From assembly GCA_038239305.1 (NCBI GenBank), contig JBBSEW010000013.1:4245-68244 (forward strand): DNA of 64,000 bases. The letters are read 5' to 3'. A model generated the notes under the pieces. The model made no database searches. It had not been told where the DNA came from and was given only the letters and a program-made list of their open reading frames with translations. The position numbers were made by a program, and so were the translations under genes. The stretch comes from Thermoanaerobaculia bacterium (GTDB lineage Bacteria > Acidobacteriota > Thermoanaerobaculia > UBA5066 > Gp7-AA6). Below, one piece after another: positions 29,949 through 38,835 of this stretch; position 1 is the stretch's first letter; the number at the start of each line of letters is the position of its first letter.

Positions 29949-31061
29949 ATGCGCGACTCGTGGCTCGTCTCGCGCTGGCGCCGCGTCCGGCCCCATCTCA
30001 CGACGTGGGCGGGCCTCGCGCCGTTTCTCGCGTTCGCCCTCTTCCCGTTCTACTGGGGCCTCATCACATCTCTCAAGGCGGACGCGAATCTCTACGACCT
30101 CAAGGCCAACCCCTTCTGGTTCTCCCGGACGGATCGATCGACGGGCCAGCCGTACCACAAGGACATCATCGTGCCGGCTTCCTACCCCGAGGGCGTGATC
30201 CGGTGGAAGATCTCGGCCGGCGCGCACACCACGCGCAGCGACAGCGAGCAGAACCCCGTGCCAATCGCGTTCATCGGCGAGCGCAAGGTCGAGAGCCCCG
30301 TGGACGGCACGCTCGCGAAGATCCATGTCCCGTCCGGGTCGATCGCGCACCCCAATCAGGCGATCGGCGTCATCCGGGTCAGCAGCCCGACGCTCACGCA
30401 CTACCGGTACCTCAAGAGCACGCCGTTCTACAAGTGGCTCCGGGTTTCTCTCGTGACGGGCACCGCAGTCGTCCTGATCACCCTGCTCCTCGCCGTGCCC
30501 GCGGCCTACGGCCTCGCCCGCCTCCGCTTTCGCGGCAACCGGGCGATCGGCATCGCCATTTTTCTGACGTACCTGATCCCCTCGACAATCCTGTTCATCC
30601 CGTTCTCCCAGTTCGTCGGAGCGCTGAAGCTGGACGACACTGTCTGGGCGCTGATCCTCACCTATCCCACTTTCACGGTGCCGTTCTGCACGTGGCTCCT
30701 CATGGGATTCTTCCGGAGCGTCCCGAAGGAGATCGAGGAACGCGCCCTCCTGGACGGCGCGACGCGTCTGCAGATGCTGCGGCAGGTGGTCATCCCCGTG
30801 GTCCTGCCGGGCATCCTGACGGCCGCGATCTTCGCCTTCACGCTCTCGTTTCAGGAGTACATCTACGGGCTGACGTTCATCAGCTCCACGATCCACCGCA
30901 CCCTTCCGGTCGGGATCTCCGTCGAGATGGTCCGGGGCGATGTCTACTTCTGGGGCCCGCTGATGGCATCCGCGATCGTCGGATCCGTGCCGGTCGTCAT
31001 CCTCTACGCGCTCTCGCTCGACTATTTCATCGCCGGGATGACCACGGGGGCGGTGAAATAA
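29949..31061 (+). CDS. ABC transporter permease (MalG/UgpE-like) with ~90-aa insertion in the first periplasmic loop
   Basis: EAA loop (EERALLDGATRLQMLRQVV). The insert includes VESPVDGTLAKIHVPSGSIAHPNQAIGVIRV. The ATG at 29949 is taken inside a longer track ORF. Confidence 0.8.
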   Translation: MRDSWLVSRWRRVRPHLTTWAGLAPFLAFALFPFYWGLITSLKADANLYDLKANPFWFSRTDRSTGQPYHKDIIVPASYPEGVIRWKISAGAHTTRSDSEQNPVPIAFIGERKVESPVDGTLAKIHVPSGSIAHPNQAIGVIRVSSPTLTHYRYLKSTPFYKWLRVSLVTGTAVVLITLLLAVPAAYGLARLRFRGNRAIGIAIFLTYLIPSTILFIPFSQFVGALKLDDTVWALILTYPTFTVPFCTWLLMGFFRSVPKEIEERALLDGATRLQMLRQVVIPVVLPGILTAAIFAFTLSFQEYIYGLTFISSTIHRTLPVGISVEMVRGDVYFWGPLMASAIVGSVPVVILYALSLDYFIAGMTTGAVK

Positions 31062-31174
31062 GAGGGCAGCCAACTGGGGGGTCTTGGATTCCGGGCTCGA
31101 CTCCAGTCCGCTCCAGCCTTCCAGCGCGGGACCGCTGGTCGGGGTGAGAGCTGCCAGCCCGAACCCAAGACTCA

Positions 31175-31297
31175 GAACTTCCGAACTTCCGAACTTCCGA
31201 ACTTCCGAACTCCGAACTCCGAACTCCGAACTCCGACTCCGAACTGAGGACTCGGGACTCAGGACTCAGGACTCAGGACTCAGGACTCAGGACTCAG
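31175..31297. repeat. three abutting tandem arrays: GAACTTCC x4, GAACTCC x4 (+GACTCC), GGACTCA/G x7
   Basis: Read directly. Lies in the convergent spacer between the permease stop (31061) and the CoA-ligase stop (31322). Confidence 0.9.
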
Positions 31298-31321
31298 AAC
31301 GGAATACGGAAAACCAACCGC

Positions 31322-32899
31322 TCACCTTCCAAAAACCTCCCCCACGATGCGATGCTTCTGTACCTTGCCGAGCGCATTCCGGGGCAGCTCCGCGACGATC
31401 CGGATCTCCCGCGGCCGCTTGTAGTCCGCGAGGGCGCGCGCGCAGATCGCCTCGACTTCCGCCTCGACTTCCGCCTCGAGGGCGCCGCTCTCTAGCGGGT
31501 CCCGGAGCACCACGGCCGCAGCGACGCGCTCGCCCCAGACGGGATCCGGAAGACCGACGACCGCGACCTCGCGGATCCGGGGAAGCGCCGCGAGAACGTC
31601 CTCGATCTCGCGCGCCGATATCTTGAACCCGCCGCTCTTGATGACGTCGACGGACTGCCGCCCCAGGATGCGGACATACCCGTCCTTGTCGCTCTGCCCC
31701 ACGTCGCCCGTCACGAACCAGCCGTCGCGCGATGCGACGCCCGTGTCCGCCTCGCGCCCCCAGTACTCCGTCATCTGGCCGTTGCTCTGGACGAGGATCT
31801 CGCCCGGCTCCCCGACCGGCACGTCCCGGCCTGCTTCGTCGACGATCCGGACGGAGCAACCCTCGACCGGAAACCCGACCGTCCCCGGCCGTCGCTCGCC
31901 GGCGTACGGATTCGTGAGCGTGAAGAGCGTTTCTGTCATCCCGTAGCGCTCGAGGATGCGATGTCCCGTCGCCTGCTCGAACCGGACGAAGTCGGCTGCC
32001 GGCAGAGGAGCGCTGCCGGACGTGAACAGCCGCGCCCGCGCGAGAGCCTTCGCCGCCCCGGGTTGCGCTGCCAAGTGCTCGAGAAGCCGCACGTACATCG
32101 TGGGAACGCCCATGAACACTGTGGCTCCGTCTTCCGCGAACTCGCGCGCGATCTCGGCGGCGTCGAAACGGCTCGAGAGAAGAATCGTCATCCCGTGGAG
32201 CAGCGCTCCGTGGACTCCGATCGCGAGACCATGGACGTGAAAGAGAGGCAGAGCGAGCGCGAGGCGATCCTCCCGGGCAAATTCCCAGCCCTGCGTCAGG
32301 GCCGACGTGTTGTCGACGAGCGCGCGGAACGAAAGAGCAGCGCCTTTGCTCTTGCCGGTGGTCCCGGAGGTGTAGACGAGGACGGCCGTGTCGCCATCCT
32401 CCGGCACGGGGGACGAAAAGGCCGCGCTGTCGAAATCTCCGCCCGTCATGGCGTCCCACGGGATCACGCCGTCCGGCGCCGGCGCGGCTCCGAACGCGAT
32501 CCGCCGCTCGAGCCCGGGAAGAGGCCCGATCCCGTCGAGGACCGAGGCCTGCTCGCTGCCCGGCTCGAACAGAACGGCCCGCGCGCCCGAGTCGACGAGA
32601 ATGTGGCGCGCTTCCTCGCCCCGATAGCGCGTGTTGATCGGGACGTGGATGACCCCGGATCGATAGTGCCCGAGCAGAGAGACCAGGACCTCGGTGCAGC
32701 TTTCGGCGAAGACCGCAACGCGATCTCCCCGGCGGATCCCGATCCGGGCGAGGGCCGCCGCATAGCGCCGCGACGAGGCGTCGAGATCTTCGTACGAAAA
32801 AGACCGGCCGGCAAACCGAAGCGCCTCCCGGGCGCCTCCCTCCCGGAGGGCCGCAAAGAGCCGGCCGACACGCGCTCGCGAGGATGTCCCGGAGCTCAA
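31322..32899 (-). CDS. acyl-CoA synthetase / AMP-dependent ligase (medium/long-chain type)
   Basis: LVYTSGTTGKSKGA AMP-binding motif, ..YGMTET.., ..GWFVTGDVG..ILGRQSVDVIKSGGFKIS.., ..LPRNALGKVQK. The TTG start overlapping the upstream stop (TTGA) is tentative. Confidence 0.75.
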   Translation of the reverse strand: MSSGTSSRARVGRLFAALREGGAREALRFAGRSFSYEDLDASSRRYAAALARIGIRRGDRVAVFAESCTEVLVSLLGHYRSGVIHVPINTRYRGEEARHILVDSGARAVLFEPGSEQASVLDGIGPLPGLERRIAFGAAPAPDGVIPWDAMTGGDFDSAAFSSPVPEDGDTAVLVYTSGTTGKSKGAALSFRALVDNTSALTQGWEFAREDRLALALPLFHVHGLAIGVHGALLHGMTILLSSRFDAAEIAREFAEDGATVFMGVPTMYVRLLEHLAAQPGAAKALARARLFTSGSAPLPAADFVRFEQATGHRILERYGMTETLFTLTNPYAGERRPGTVGFPVEGCSVRIVDEAGRDVPVGEPGEILVQSNGQMTEYWGREADTGVASRDGWFVTGDVGQSDKDGYVRILGRQSVDVIKSGGFKISAREIEDVLAALPRIREVAVVGLPDPVWGERVAAAVVLRDPLESGALEAEVEAEVEAICARALADYKRPREIRIVAELPRNALGKVQKHRIVGEVFGR

Positions 32900-33615
32900 A
32901 TCGAGGCCGCGCCGAGAAACTCGCGCTGAACGCGCGGATCGGAGGCGAGCTCGGCGCACGGGCCCTGCAGGGTGACGCAGCCGGACTCGAGGACGTACGC
33001 CCGATCGGCCAGCGCGAGCGCGTGGGACACGTTCTGCTCGACCAGCACCAGCGTCATTCCGGATTCCCGGATACCCTTCAACGCCGCGAAGACCTCCCGG
33101 ACGAGGATGGGCGCGAGGCCGAGCGCGGGCTCGTCTAAGAGCAGCAGCCGGGGCCGCGCCATGAGCCCTCGGCCGATCGCGCACATCTGCTGCTCCCCGC
33201 CCGACAACGTCCCCGCGTTCTGTCCGGCGCGCTTCCGGAGAATGGGAAACATCGCGAAGACCCGCTCGAGCGACTCGCGGCGATGCGGGCGGGCGGCGCG
33301 CGCGTACGCGCCCATCTCGAGGTTCTCGCGCACCGTCATGGCGGGCCAGAGCTGGCGCGCCTCCGGAACGAGCACGAGGCCGCGATCGACCAGCCGGTAG
33401 GGAGGATCGGCCGACACGTCACGCCCGTCGAATTCGATCGAGCCGCGGCGAGGATGGAGCAACCCCGCGATCGCCTTGAGGATCGTCGACTTCCCCGCCC
33501 CGTTCGCTCCGATCAGGGTGACGATCTCGCCCTCGTCCACGCGAAACTCCACTTCCCGGACGGCCGGTACCTCGCCGTAGAAGACGTCGATCGAGCGCAC
33601 GTCGAGCATCGTCAC
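32896..33615 (-). CDS. branched-chain amino acid ABC transporter ATP-binding protein (LivF-like)
   Basis: GANGAGKST Walker A, LSGGEQQMCAIGRG, LLLLDEP. The start is either GTG 33615 or ATG 33609. Confidence 0.85.
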   Translation of the reverse strand: MTMLDVRSIDVFYGEVPAVREVEFRVDEGEIVTLIGANGAGKSTILKAIAGLLHPRRGSIEFDGRDVSADPPYRLVDRGLVLVPEARQLWPAMTVRENLEMGAYARAARPHRRESLERVFAMFPILRKRAGQNAGTLSGGEQQMCAIGRGLMARPRLLLLDEPALGLAPILVREVFAALKGIRESGMTLVLVEQNVSHALALADRAYVLESGCVTLQGPCAELASDPRVQREFLGAASI

Positions 33616-33641
33616 AGCGTCACAGCGTCACAGCGTCACGG
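33610..33641 (-). repeat. intercistronic octamer repeat (TGACGCTG x3) between the LivG-like stop and the LivF-like start
   Basis: Minus strand reads TGAcgcTGTGACGCTGTGACGCTGTGACGATG. Confidence 0.85.
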
Positions 33642-34391
33642 CGTCCCAGGATCCGGCCCGGCCGGGATCTCGCTGCCCAGGTACGCGGACACGACGAGGG
33701 GATCGCGCACGACTTCTCCGGGCGGCCCCTCGGCGATCTTCTCGCCGAAGTTCAGGACGAGGATGCGGTCCGACACGCCGACCACCGCGTGGATGTGATG
33801 CTCGATGATCAACACGGTGACGGAGAAATCACGCAACGTCCGCACGAACTCCATCGTGTCGCGAATTTCCGAGGGGTTCAGGCCGCCCATGACTTCGTCG
33901 AGGCACAGGACTGCGGGCTCGGTCGCGAGGGCGCGTGCGATCTCGAGCCGCTTCAGCTCGCCGATCGTCAGTGTCCCCGCAAGAACTTCGGCGCGGAGCG
34001 CCAGGCCCGTTCTCTCGAGCAGTGTCTGCACGCGGTCCGCGGCCTCGGATCCGCGCCGGCGTCCCCGTCCGAACGCCGCGCCCACGGCGACGTTTTCCCG
34101 GACCGTCATCTCGCGGAAAGGACGGACGATCTGATGCGTCCGGACGAGCCCTCGGGCGACAACGCGGGCCGTCGGCAGTCCGTCGATCCGCTCGCCCTGG
34201 AACCGGACCGCCCCGGACGTCGGGCGGTTGGCTCCGACGAGGATCGAGAACAGGGTCGTCTTGCCCGCTCCGTTGGGGCCGATCACGCCGAAAACCTCTC
34301 CGGGCCGAACCTGGAACGAGACGTCCTGGAGCGCTCTCAAACCTCCGAAGCGCTTCGACACGGCTTCCACGGACAGAACCGCGTCAGCCAT
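33636..34391 (-). CDS. branched-chain amino acid ABC transporter ATP-binding protein (LivG-like)
   Basis: GPNGAGKTT, LTIGELKRLEIARAL, LCLDEVMGGLNP, and the C-terminal ..VVSAYLG motif. Confidence 0.85.
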   Translation of the reverse strand: MADAVLSVEAVSKRFGGLRALQDVSFQVRPGEVFGVIGPNGAGKTTLFSILVGANRPTSGAVRFQGERIDGLPTARVVARGLVRTHQIVRPFREMTVRENVAVGAAFGRGRRRGSEAADRVQTLLERTGLALRAEVLAGTLTIGELKRLEIARALATEPAVLCLDEVMGGLNPSEIRDTMEFVRTLRDFSVTVLIIEHHIHAVVGVSDRILVLNFGEKIAEGPPGEVVRDPLVVSAYLGSEIPAGPDPGTP

Positions 34392-35343
34392 GCGGAATCG
34401 CTTTCTGCCCCGCCATCGAACCGATCGCTCTCCGCAGGCGGCTCCACAACCCGACGAGGCCCCTCGGCTCGAAGAGCATCACGAGCATCAGCAGGCCGCC
34501 ATAGAGGAAGAGATAGGAGTCCCTCAACGCGGGCATCGACAGCAGCTTGATCTGGAGATAGCTGAAGATCACGGCGCCGAGGATTGGTCCCGCGATCGTT
34601 CCGACGCCGCCCACGATGGGCATCAGCACGATCGAGAGCGACAGGCGGAAGTCGAACACGGAACCGGGCGCGATGTACTGGAAGTTCATCGCGAAAAGCC
34701 CGCAGGCAAGCGCGACGAGTGCCGCCGAGATGGCGTGCGCGATCAGCTTCACGCGCGTGGACGGAACGCCGAGCGCTTCCGCGGCATCCACGTCCTGCCG
34801 CACCGCCGAGAGCGCCCGCCCGAGAGGCAGATCCCGGATCACGGCGGAGATCGCCACGGCCGCCGCGGCCAGCAACCCGATCGCGACGTAGTTTCGCTCG
34901 AAGTTGTAGGTCCCCGGGGGCATTCGCACCCCGCTCGAGCCGCCGGTAAACGAGACCCCGGACGCGATGACGCGAACCGCTTCGGAAACTCCGATCGTGG
35001 CGATCGTGAAGTACGGCCCGCGCAGGCGAAACGCCGGGAGGCCGATGATCCACGAAGCCGCCGCGCCGAGGACTGCGCCGAGCGGGAGCGTCAGCCATGG
35101 ATCGACGCCGCGCAGGCTCAGCAGAGCGGTCGTGTAGGCGCCGATTCCGAGAAAGGCGGAGTATCCGATCGACACTTGGCCCGCGAATCCGCCCAGGATG
35201 TTCCACGCGGACGCGAGGACGATCGCGAAGGCGACATTCCACAGGTCGTTCACGGTCCCGCGCTCCAGGAGGTGCGGGGCGGCCTGGAAGACCGCGAGCC
35301 CGACCGCGATTCCGATCAGGGCGAGCCGCAGGCGGCGGGTCAT
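34384..35343 (-). CDS. branched-chain amino acid ABC transporter permease (LivM-like)
   Basis: 319 aa membrane protein with ..GGFAGQVSIGYSAFLGIGAY..MPIVGGVGTIAGPILGA.. Overlaps both neighbours. Confidence 0.85.
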   Translation of the reverse strand: MTRRLRLALIGIAVGLAVFQAAPHLLERGTVNDLWNVAFAIVLASAWNILGGFAGQVSIGYSAFLGIGAYTTALLSLRGVDPWLTLPLGAVLGAAASWIIGLPAFRLRGPYFTIATIGVSEAVRVIASGVSFTGGSSGVRMPPGTYNFERNYVAIGLLAAAAVAISAVIRDLPLGRALSAVRQDVDAAEALGVPSTRVKLIAHAISAALVALACGLFAMNFQYIAPGSVFDFRLSLSIVLMPIVGGVGTIAGPILGAVIFSYLQIKLLSMPALRDSYLFLYGGLLMLVMLFEPRGLVGLWSRLRRAIGSMAGQKAIPHG

Positions 35344-36245
35344 TGCGCCGCTGCCGTCGGCCGCAGGCGGGCGAAGAGAGCCGGGATTCCGCGCGGGAAG
35401 AGCACGAGCGCGATCACGAGGAGCGTGAAGCTGATGGCGTCCTGAAAGGTCGTGGGGATCGGCGTCCAGGCGGCGACTCCATTCTCGAGCAGGGCCAGCA
35501 CGAGCGCCCCGAGCGCCACGCCCGTGAAGCTTTCCATCCCGCCGAGCACGATGATGCAGAACGCCTTGAGCAGGAAGCTGCGGCCGAAATCCGGCGTGAA
35601 CGCGTAGAGGGTCGATAGCAGAGCGCCCGCAACACCGGCAAAGGCCGTCCCGAGGCCGAACGCGGTCGCGGAGATCCGGTCGGCGTTGACGCCCACGATC
35701 AGCGCGGCATCCCGGTTCGCCGTGACGGCGCGAATCGCCTTGCCGAGGAAGGTCCGCTTGAGGAACAGATTCAACACGAAGAGCGACGCCGCACTCGCCG
35801 CGAAGACGAGCACCGAGGGCACGCCCACGCGCACGCCCAGGATCGAGACCGACTTCAGCGTGTAGCCCGTCAGGATCGACTGCGTATCCCCGCTCCAGAG
35901 CGCATAGGCCAGGTTCTGCAGAACGAGCCAGAGTCCGAAGAGGAGAAGGAGCGACTCCATCGACGGGCCGGCCGTCGCGTTCGGAAGGCGGCCCACGAGG
36001 AAATAGTAGAGAGCGACTCCGAAGAGGAAGAAGAGAGGGATCACGACCACGAGGGAGACGAAAGGGTCCAGCCCGAACCGGGCGAACAGGGTCCAGGTGA
36101 CGTACGCGCCCAGCATCATCACGCCCGCGTGGGCGAGATTGATGATTCGCATGACGCCGTAGATGATCGCCAGGCCGTACGACATGGTCGCGTACAAGCC
36201 CGCAGCGAAGAGCGAGTTGACCAGAACCGGAACGAGTTCGTGCAC
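35340..36245 (-). CDS. branched-chain amino acid ABC transporter permease (LivH-like)
   Basis: 301 aa with ..MRIINLAHAGVMMLGAY..IIVLGGMESFTGVALGA.. Confidence 0.85.
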   Translation of the reverse strand: MHELVPVLVNSLFAAGLYATMSYGLAIIYGVMRIINLAHAGVMMLGAYVTWTLFARFGLDPFVSLVVVIPLFFLFGVALYYFLVGRLPNATAGPSMESLLLLFGLWLVLQNLAYALWSGDTQSILTGYTLKSVSILGVRVGVPSVLVFAASAASLFVLNLFLKRTFLGKAIRAVTANRDAALIVGVNADRISATAFGLGTAFAGVAGALLSTLYAFTPDFGRSFLLKAFCIIVLGGMESFTGVALGALVLALLENGVAAWTPIPTTFQDAISFTLLVIALVLFPRGIPALFARLRPTAAAQ

Positions 36246-36275
36246 CGTCAGGCCACGCGATCGCCCGGGGGGATT

Positions 36276-36314
36276 CCTCCTCTCCCGGCGGGAGAGGGCC
36301 GGGAGGAGGAGAGT
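36276..36314. repeat. REP-like hairpin CCTCTCCC-GGC-GGGAGAGG with flanking CCTCCT/AGGAGG arms
   Basis: ttcctcctctcccggcgggagagggccgggaggaggagag shares CTCTCCCGGCGGGAGAGGGCCGGG with the head of element copy A. Confidence 0.8.
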
Positions 36315-36318
36315 CCCA

Positions 36319-37554
36319 TCAATTGTGCGGGGTCGGCGCGACCGGATCGCCCGTCTTCGCCGCGATCGGCCACACGATATCCACTTTGTCGCCGGGCTTG
36401 TTCTGCGTGACGACGAACGGAAGGACCGCCTGGCCCGAGGCCGTGAACTTCAGCACGCCGCCGGGAAGAATCGAGTCGGTCAGGTTCGTCGCGGCGAGCG
36501 CCGCGCGGATCGACTCCGGCTTCACGCTGCCCGCCTTCCGAATGGCGGCGAGGAGGGCCCGCACCGTTTCGTATGCGGTCGCGTGATACCACTGCGGGTC
36601 GGCACCCGTCGCCGCCTTCCACTTCGCGTTGAACGCCTTCACCTGGGGGTACGGAAGAAGGTCCGACCACCAGCCGCTCGCGAAGATGTAGTCGGTCGCG
36701 GGCCCGAGGGCTTTCCGTCCGGCCGCATCTGCCCCTCGGGCGCCGTACGTGATCATCGCGTGGCTCATTCCCATCTGCGTGTAGGTGCGATGCATGGAAA
36801 TGTAGTCCTCGAGGTGGGCGTCGGCCATGAAGAGATCGGCCTTCGCGTTCTGGATCCGCGTCAAGACCGGCTTGAAGTCCGGCGTGTTGTTGTAGTCGAA
36901 GCTCTCCTCGACCGCGACCGAGAAGTCTCCGGGATGCGCTTTGATGTAGTCCTTGACGCCTTGCGCGTAGTCCTTTCCGTGCTCGGTGTTTTCCGTGATG
37001 AGAGCGACCTTCAACGGCTTCCGGAGCTTGCCGGCGGCGACGAGCGAGGCGAGGAAATCCATCTGCGTCTGGGACAGCACGTCGACGGGGGACAGGGTCC
37101 CGAACACCCACTTGCTCCGCCCGTAGATGCTGCGCGCGCCGGCACCTCCCGAGATGTACGGGATGCCGTAGCGGTCCGGGACCACGCTCTGAGCCTGCAC
37201 GAGCTGCGATCCGTATCCGCCGATGACGGCCGCGACCTTCTCCTGAGCGCAGAGCTGCTCGACCAGCTGGGCGCTCTTGGCGGCGTCGGACGTGTCGTCC
37301 AGGAGCGTCAGGGCGATCTTCACCTTCTTGCCGCCGATGTCGAGCCCTCCGGCGTCGTTGACTTCCTTGATCGCGAACTCGGTCGCCTGCTTGTAGGCGC
37401 CGCCGATCTTCGACTCCTTGCCGGTGACGGGCAGGACGGCGCCGATCCGGATGTCGCCATCGGCCGCTTGAAGCGGCAGCGCGGAAAGCGCCATGACGAG
37501 GATCCCGCAGACGGATGCGAGCGCGAGGAGCGCGCGTGCCATGGTTCGGGACAT
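36319..37554 (-). CDS. ABC transporter substrate-binding protein (LivJ/K-like, type I periplasmic binding fold)
   Basis: Signal peptide MSRTMARALLALASVCGILVMALSALPLQA, then ..IRIGAVLPVTGKESKIGG.. GGAGG RBS. Only 411 codons of the 734-aa track ORF are used. Confidence 0.8.
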   Translation of the reverse strand: MSRTMARALLALASVCGILVMALSALPLQAADGDIRIGAVLPVTGKESKIGGAYKQATEFAIKEVNDAGGLDIGGKKVKIALTLLDDTSDAAKSAQLVEQLCAQEKVAAVIGGYGSQLVQAQSVVPDRYGIPYISGGAGARSIYGRSKWVFGTLSPVDVLSQTQMDFLASLVAAGKLRKPLKVALITENTEHGKDYAQGVKDYIKAHPGDFSVAVEESFDYNNTPDFKPVLTRIQNAKADLFMADAHLEDYISMHRTYTQMGMSHAMITYGARGADAAGRKALGPATDYIFASGWWSDLLPYPQVKAFNAKWKAATGADPQWYHATAYETVRALLAAIRKAGSVKPESIRAALAATNLTDSILPGGVLKFTASGQAVLPFVVTQNKPGDKVDIVWPIAAKTGDPVAPTPHN

Positions 37555-37607
37555 CGAGGTCCTCCTTTCGGTCAGTGACTCGTGGGCTCGAAAAAGCTCG
37601 CGGAATC

Positions 37608-38816
37608 TTATGACAGCGATCGCGCCAACTTCACGCGAGCGGTTCCGCAAAGGGCGAGGTCCGCCGCGAGGCCGATTCCGAGCGCCGCGACACACGACGC
37701 CGCCACGCCCGGCCAGCCCCATGCCTGCCACGCGTAGCCCGGCAGCGACGAGCCGAGGGTCGCCCCGAGATAGTAAACGGCGACGTAGAGGGCGCCCGCC
37801 GCGCCCTTCGCCCTCGGCGCTTCGGCGTTGACGAAGGCCGGAGCCGTCGACTGCACCGTGAACATCCCCACGCAGAGGACGACCAGGCTGGCGATGATGG
37901 CGGGCACCGAGCGCACGAGCGTGCCCGCCACGCCGGCGGCCGCGATCCCGAGGCCGACGGCCATCACGAGGCGGCCGCCGAAACGGCCGGAGAGGCGGCC
38001 GGAGGCGATGGACGTGAAGATGCCCGCCGCGTACACGAGATAGATGCTCGACACGAACGCGGTCGAGAGGCGAAAGGGGGCGGCCGTCAGGTAGTACGGC
38101 AGGTAGGTGAAGACGCCGATGAAGCAGAAGAAGACGGCGCCACCGATGATGAACGCGCCGACGAGTCTTCGATTGCGGAGATGCCGCAGGAGATCCCGGC
38201 CGCCGAGCGAGAGGCGCGGCGATGTCCGCGGCGCGCGAGGGAGCTCCCGGGCGAGGCCGGCCGCCGCGAGAACGGTCAGGGCTCCGAAGAGCAGAAACGG
38301 AGCGCGCCAGTTGATCCAGTCGGCGAGCAAACCGCTGACGACGCGCCCGGTGAGTCCGCCGGCCACGGACGCTGCGATCCAGCCGCCCACTTTGGGGCCG
38401 AGCTCCTCGGCGGGGTACGCGTCCCCGAGATACGCCACGGCGATCGCCGTGACTCCCGGGATGAGCGCGCCCTGAAGGCCACGGAAGAGCAGCAGCAGGG
38501 GAAAAGTCCGGGCGAACGCGCACAGGACGGTGGGAACGGCGACCAGGAAGAGCGTCACGACCATCACGGGCTTGCGTCCGACGGCATCCGAGAGAGACCC
38601 GTACGGAATCGAAACCAGGGCGATGAGGAGCACGACGATCGAGACCGACAGGCCGGCGGTCGCGGGTCGGACGCCGAACTCGTGCGACAGCAGCGGAAGA
38701 ATCGGCTGTGTGATGTAAATGTCGGCATAGACGGCCAGCGTCGCGAATGTGAGCGCGGCGCTCGCACGGGGCGAGTGGCGGAGGACGGCCGGACCGGCGG
38801 CGGACGGGACCCGCAA
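37608..38816 (-). CDS. MFS transporter
   Basis: 402 aa, ~12 predicted helices, with an MFS loop motif (SDAVGRKPVM). Confidence 0.75.
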   Translation of the reverse strand: MRVPSAAGPAVLRHSPRASAALTFATLAVYADIYITQPILPLLSHEFGVRPATAGLSVSIVVLLIALVSIPYGSLSDAVGRKPVMVVTLFLVAVPTVLCAFARTFPLLLLFRGLQGALIPGVTAIAVAYLGDAYPAEELGPKVGGWIAASVAGGLTGRVVSGLLADWINWRAPFLLFGALTVLAAAGLARELPRAPRTSPRLSLGGRDLLRHLRNRRLVGAFIIGGAVFFCFIGVFTYLPYYLTAAPFRLSTAFVSSIYLVYAAGIFTSIASGRLSGRFGGRLVMAVGLGIAAAGVAGTLVRSVPAIIASLVVLCVGMFTVQSTAPAFVNAEAPRAKGAAGALYVAVYYLGATLGSSLPGYAWQAWGWPGVAASCVAALGIGLAADLALCGTARVKLARSLS

Positions 38817-38835
38817 CGGCTGCCTGTGGACCGGC

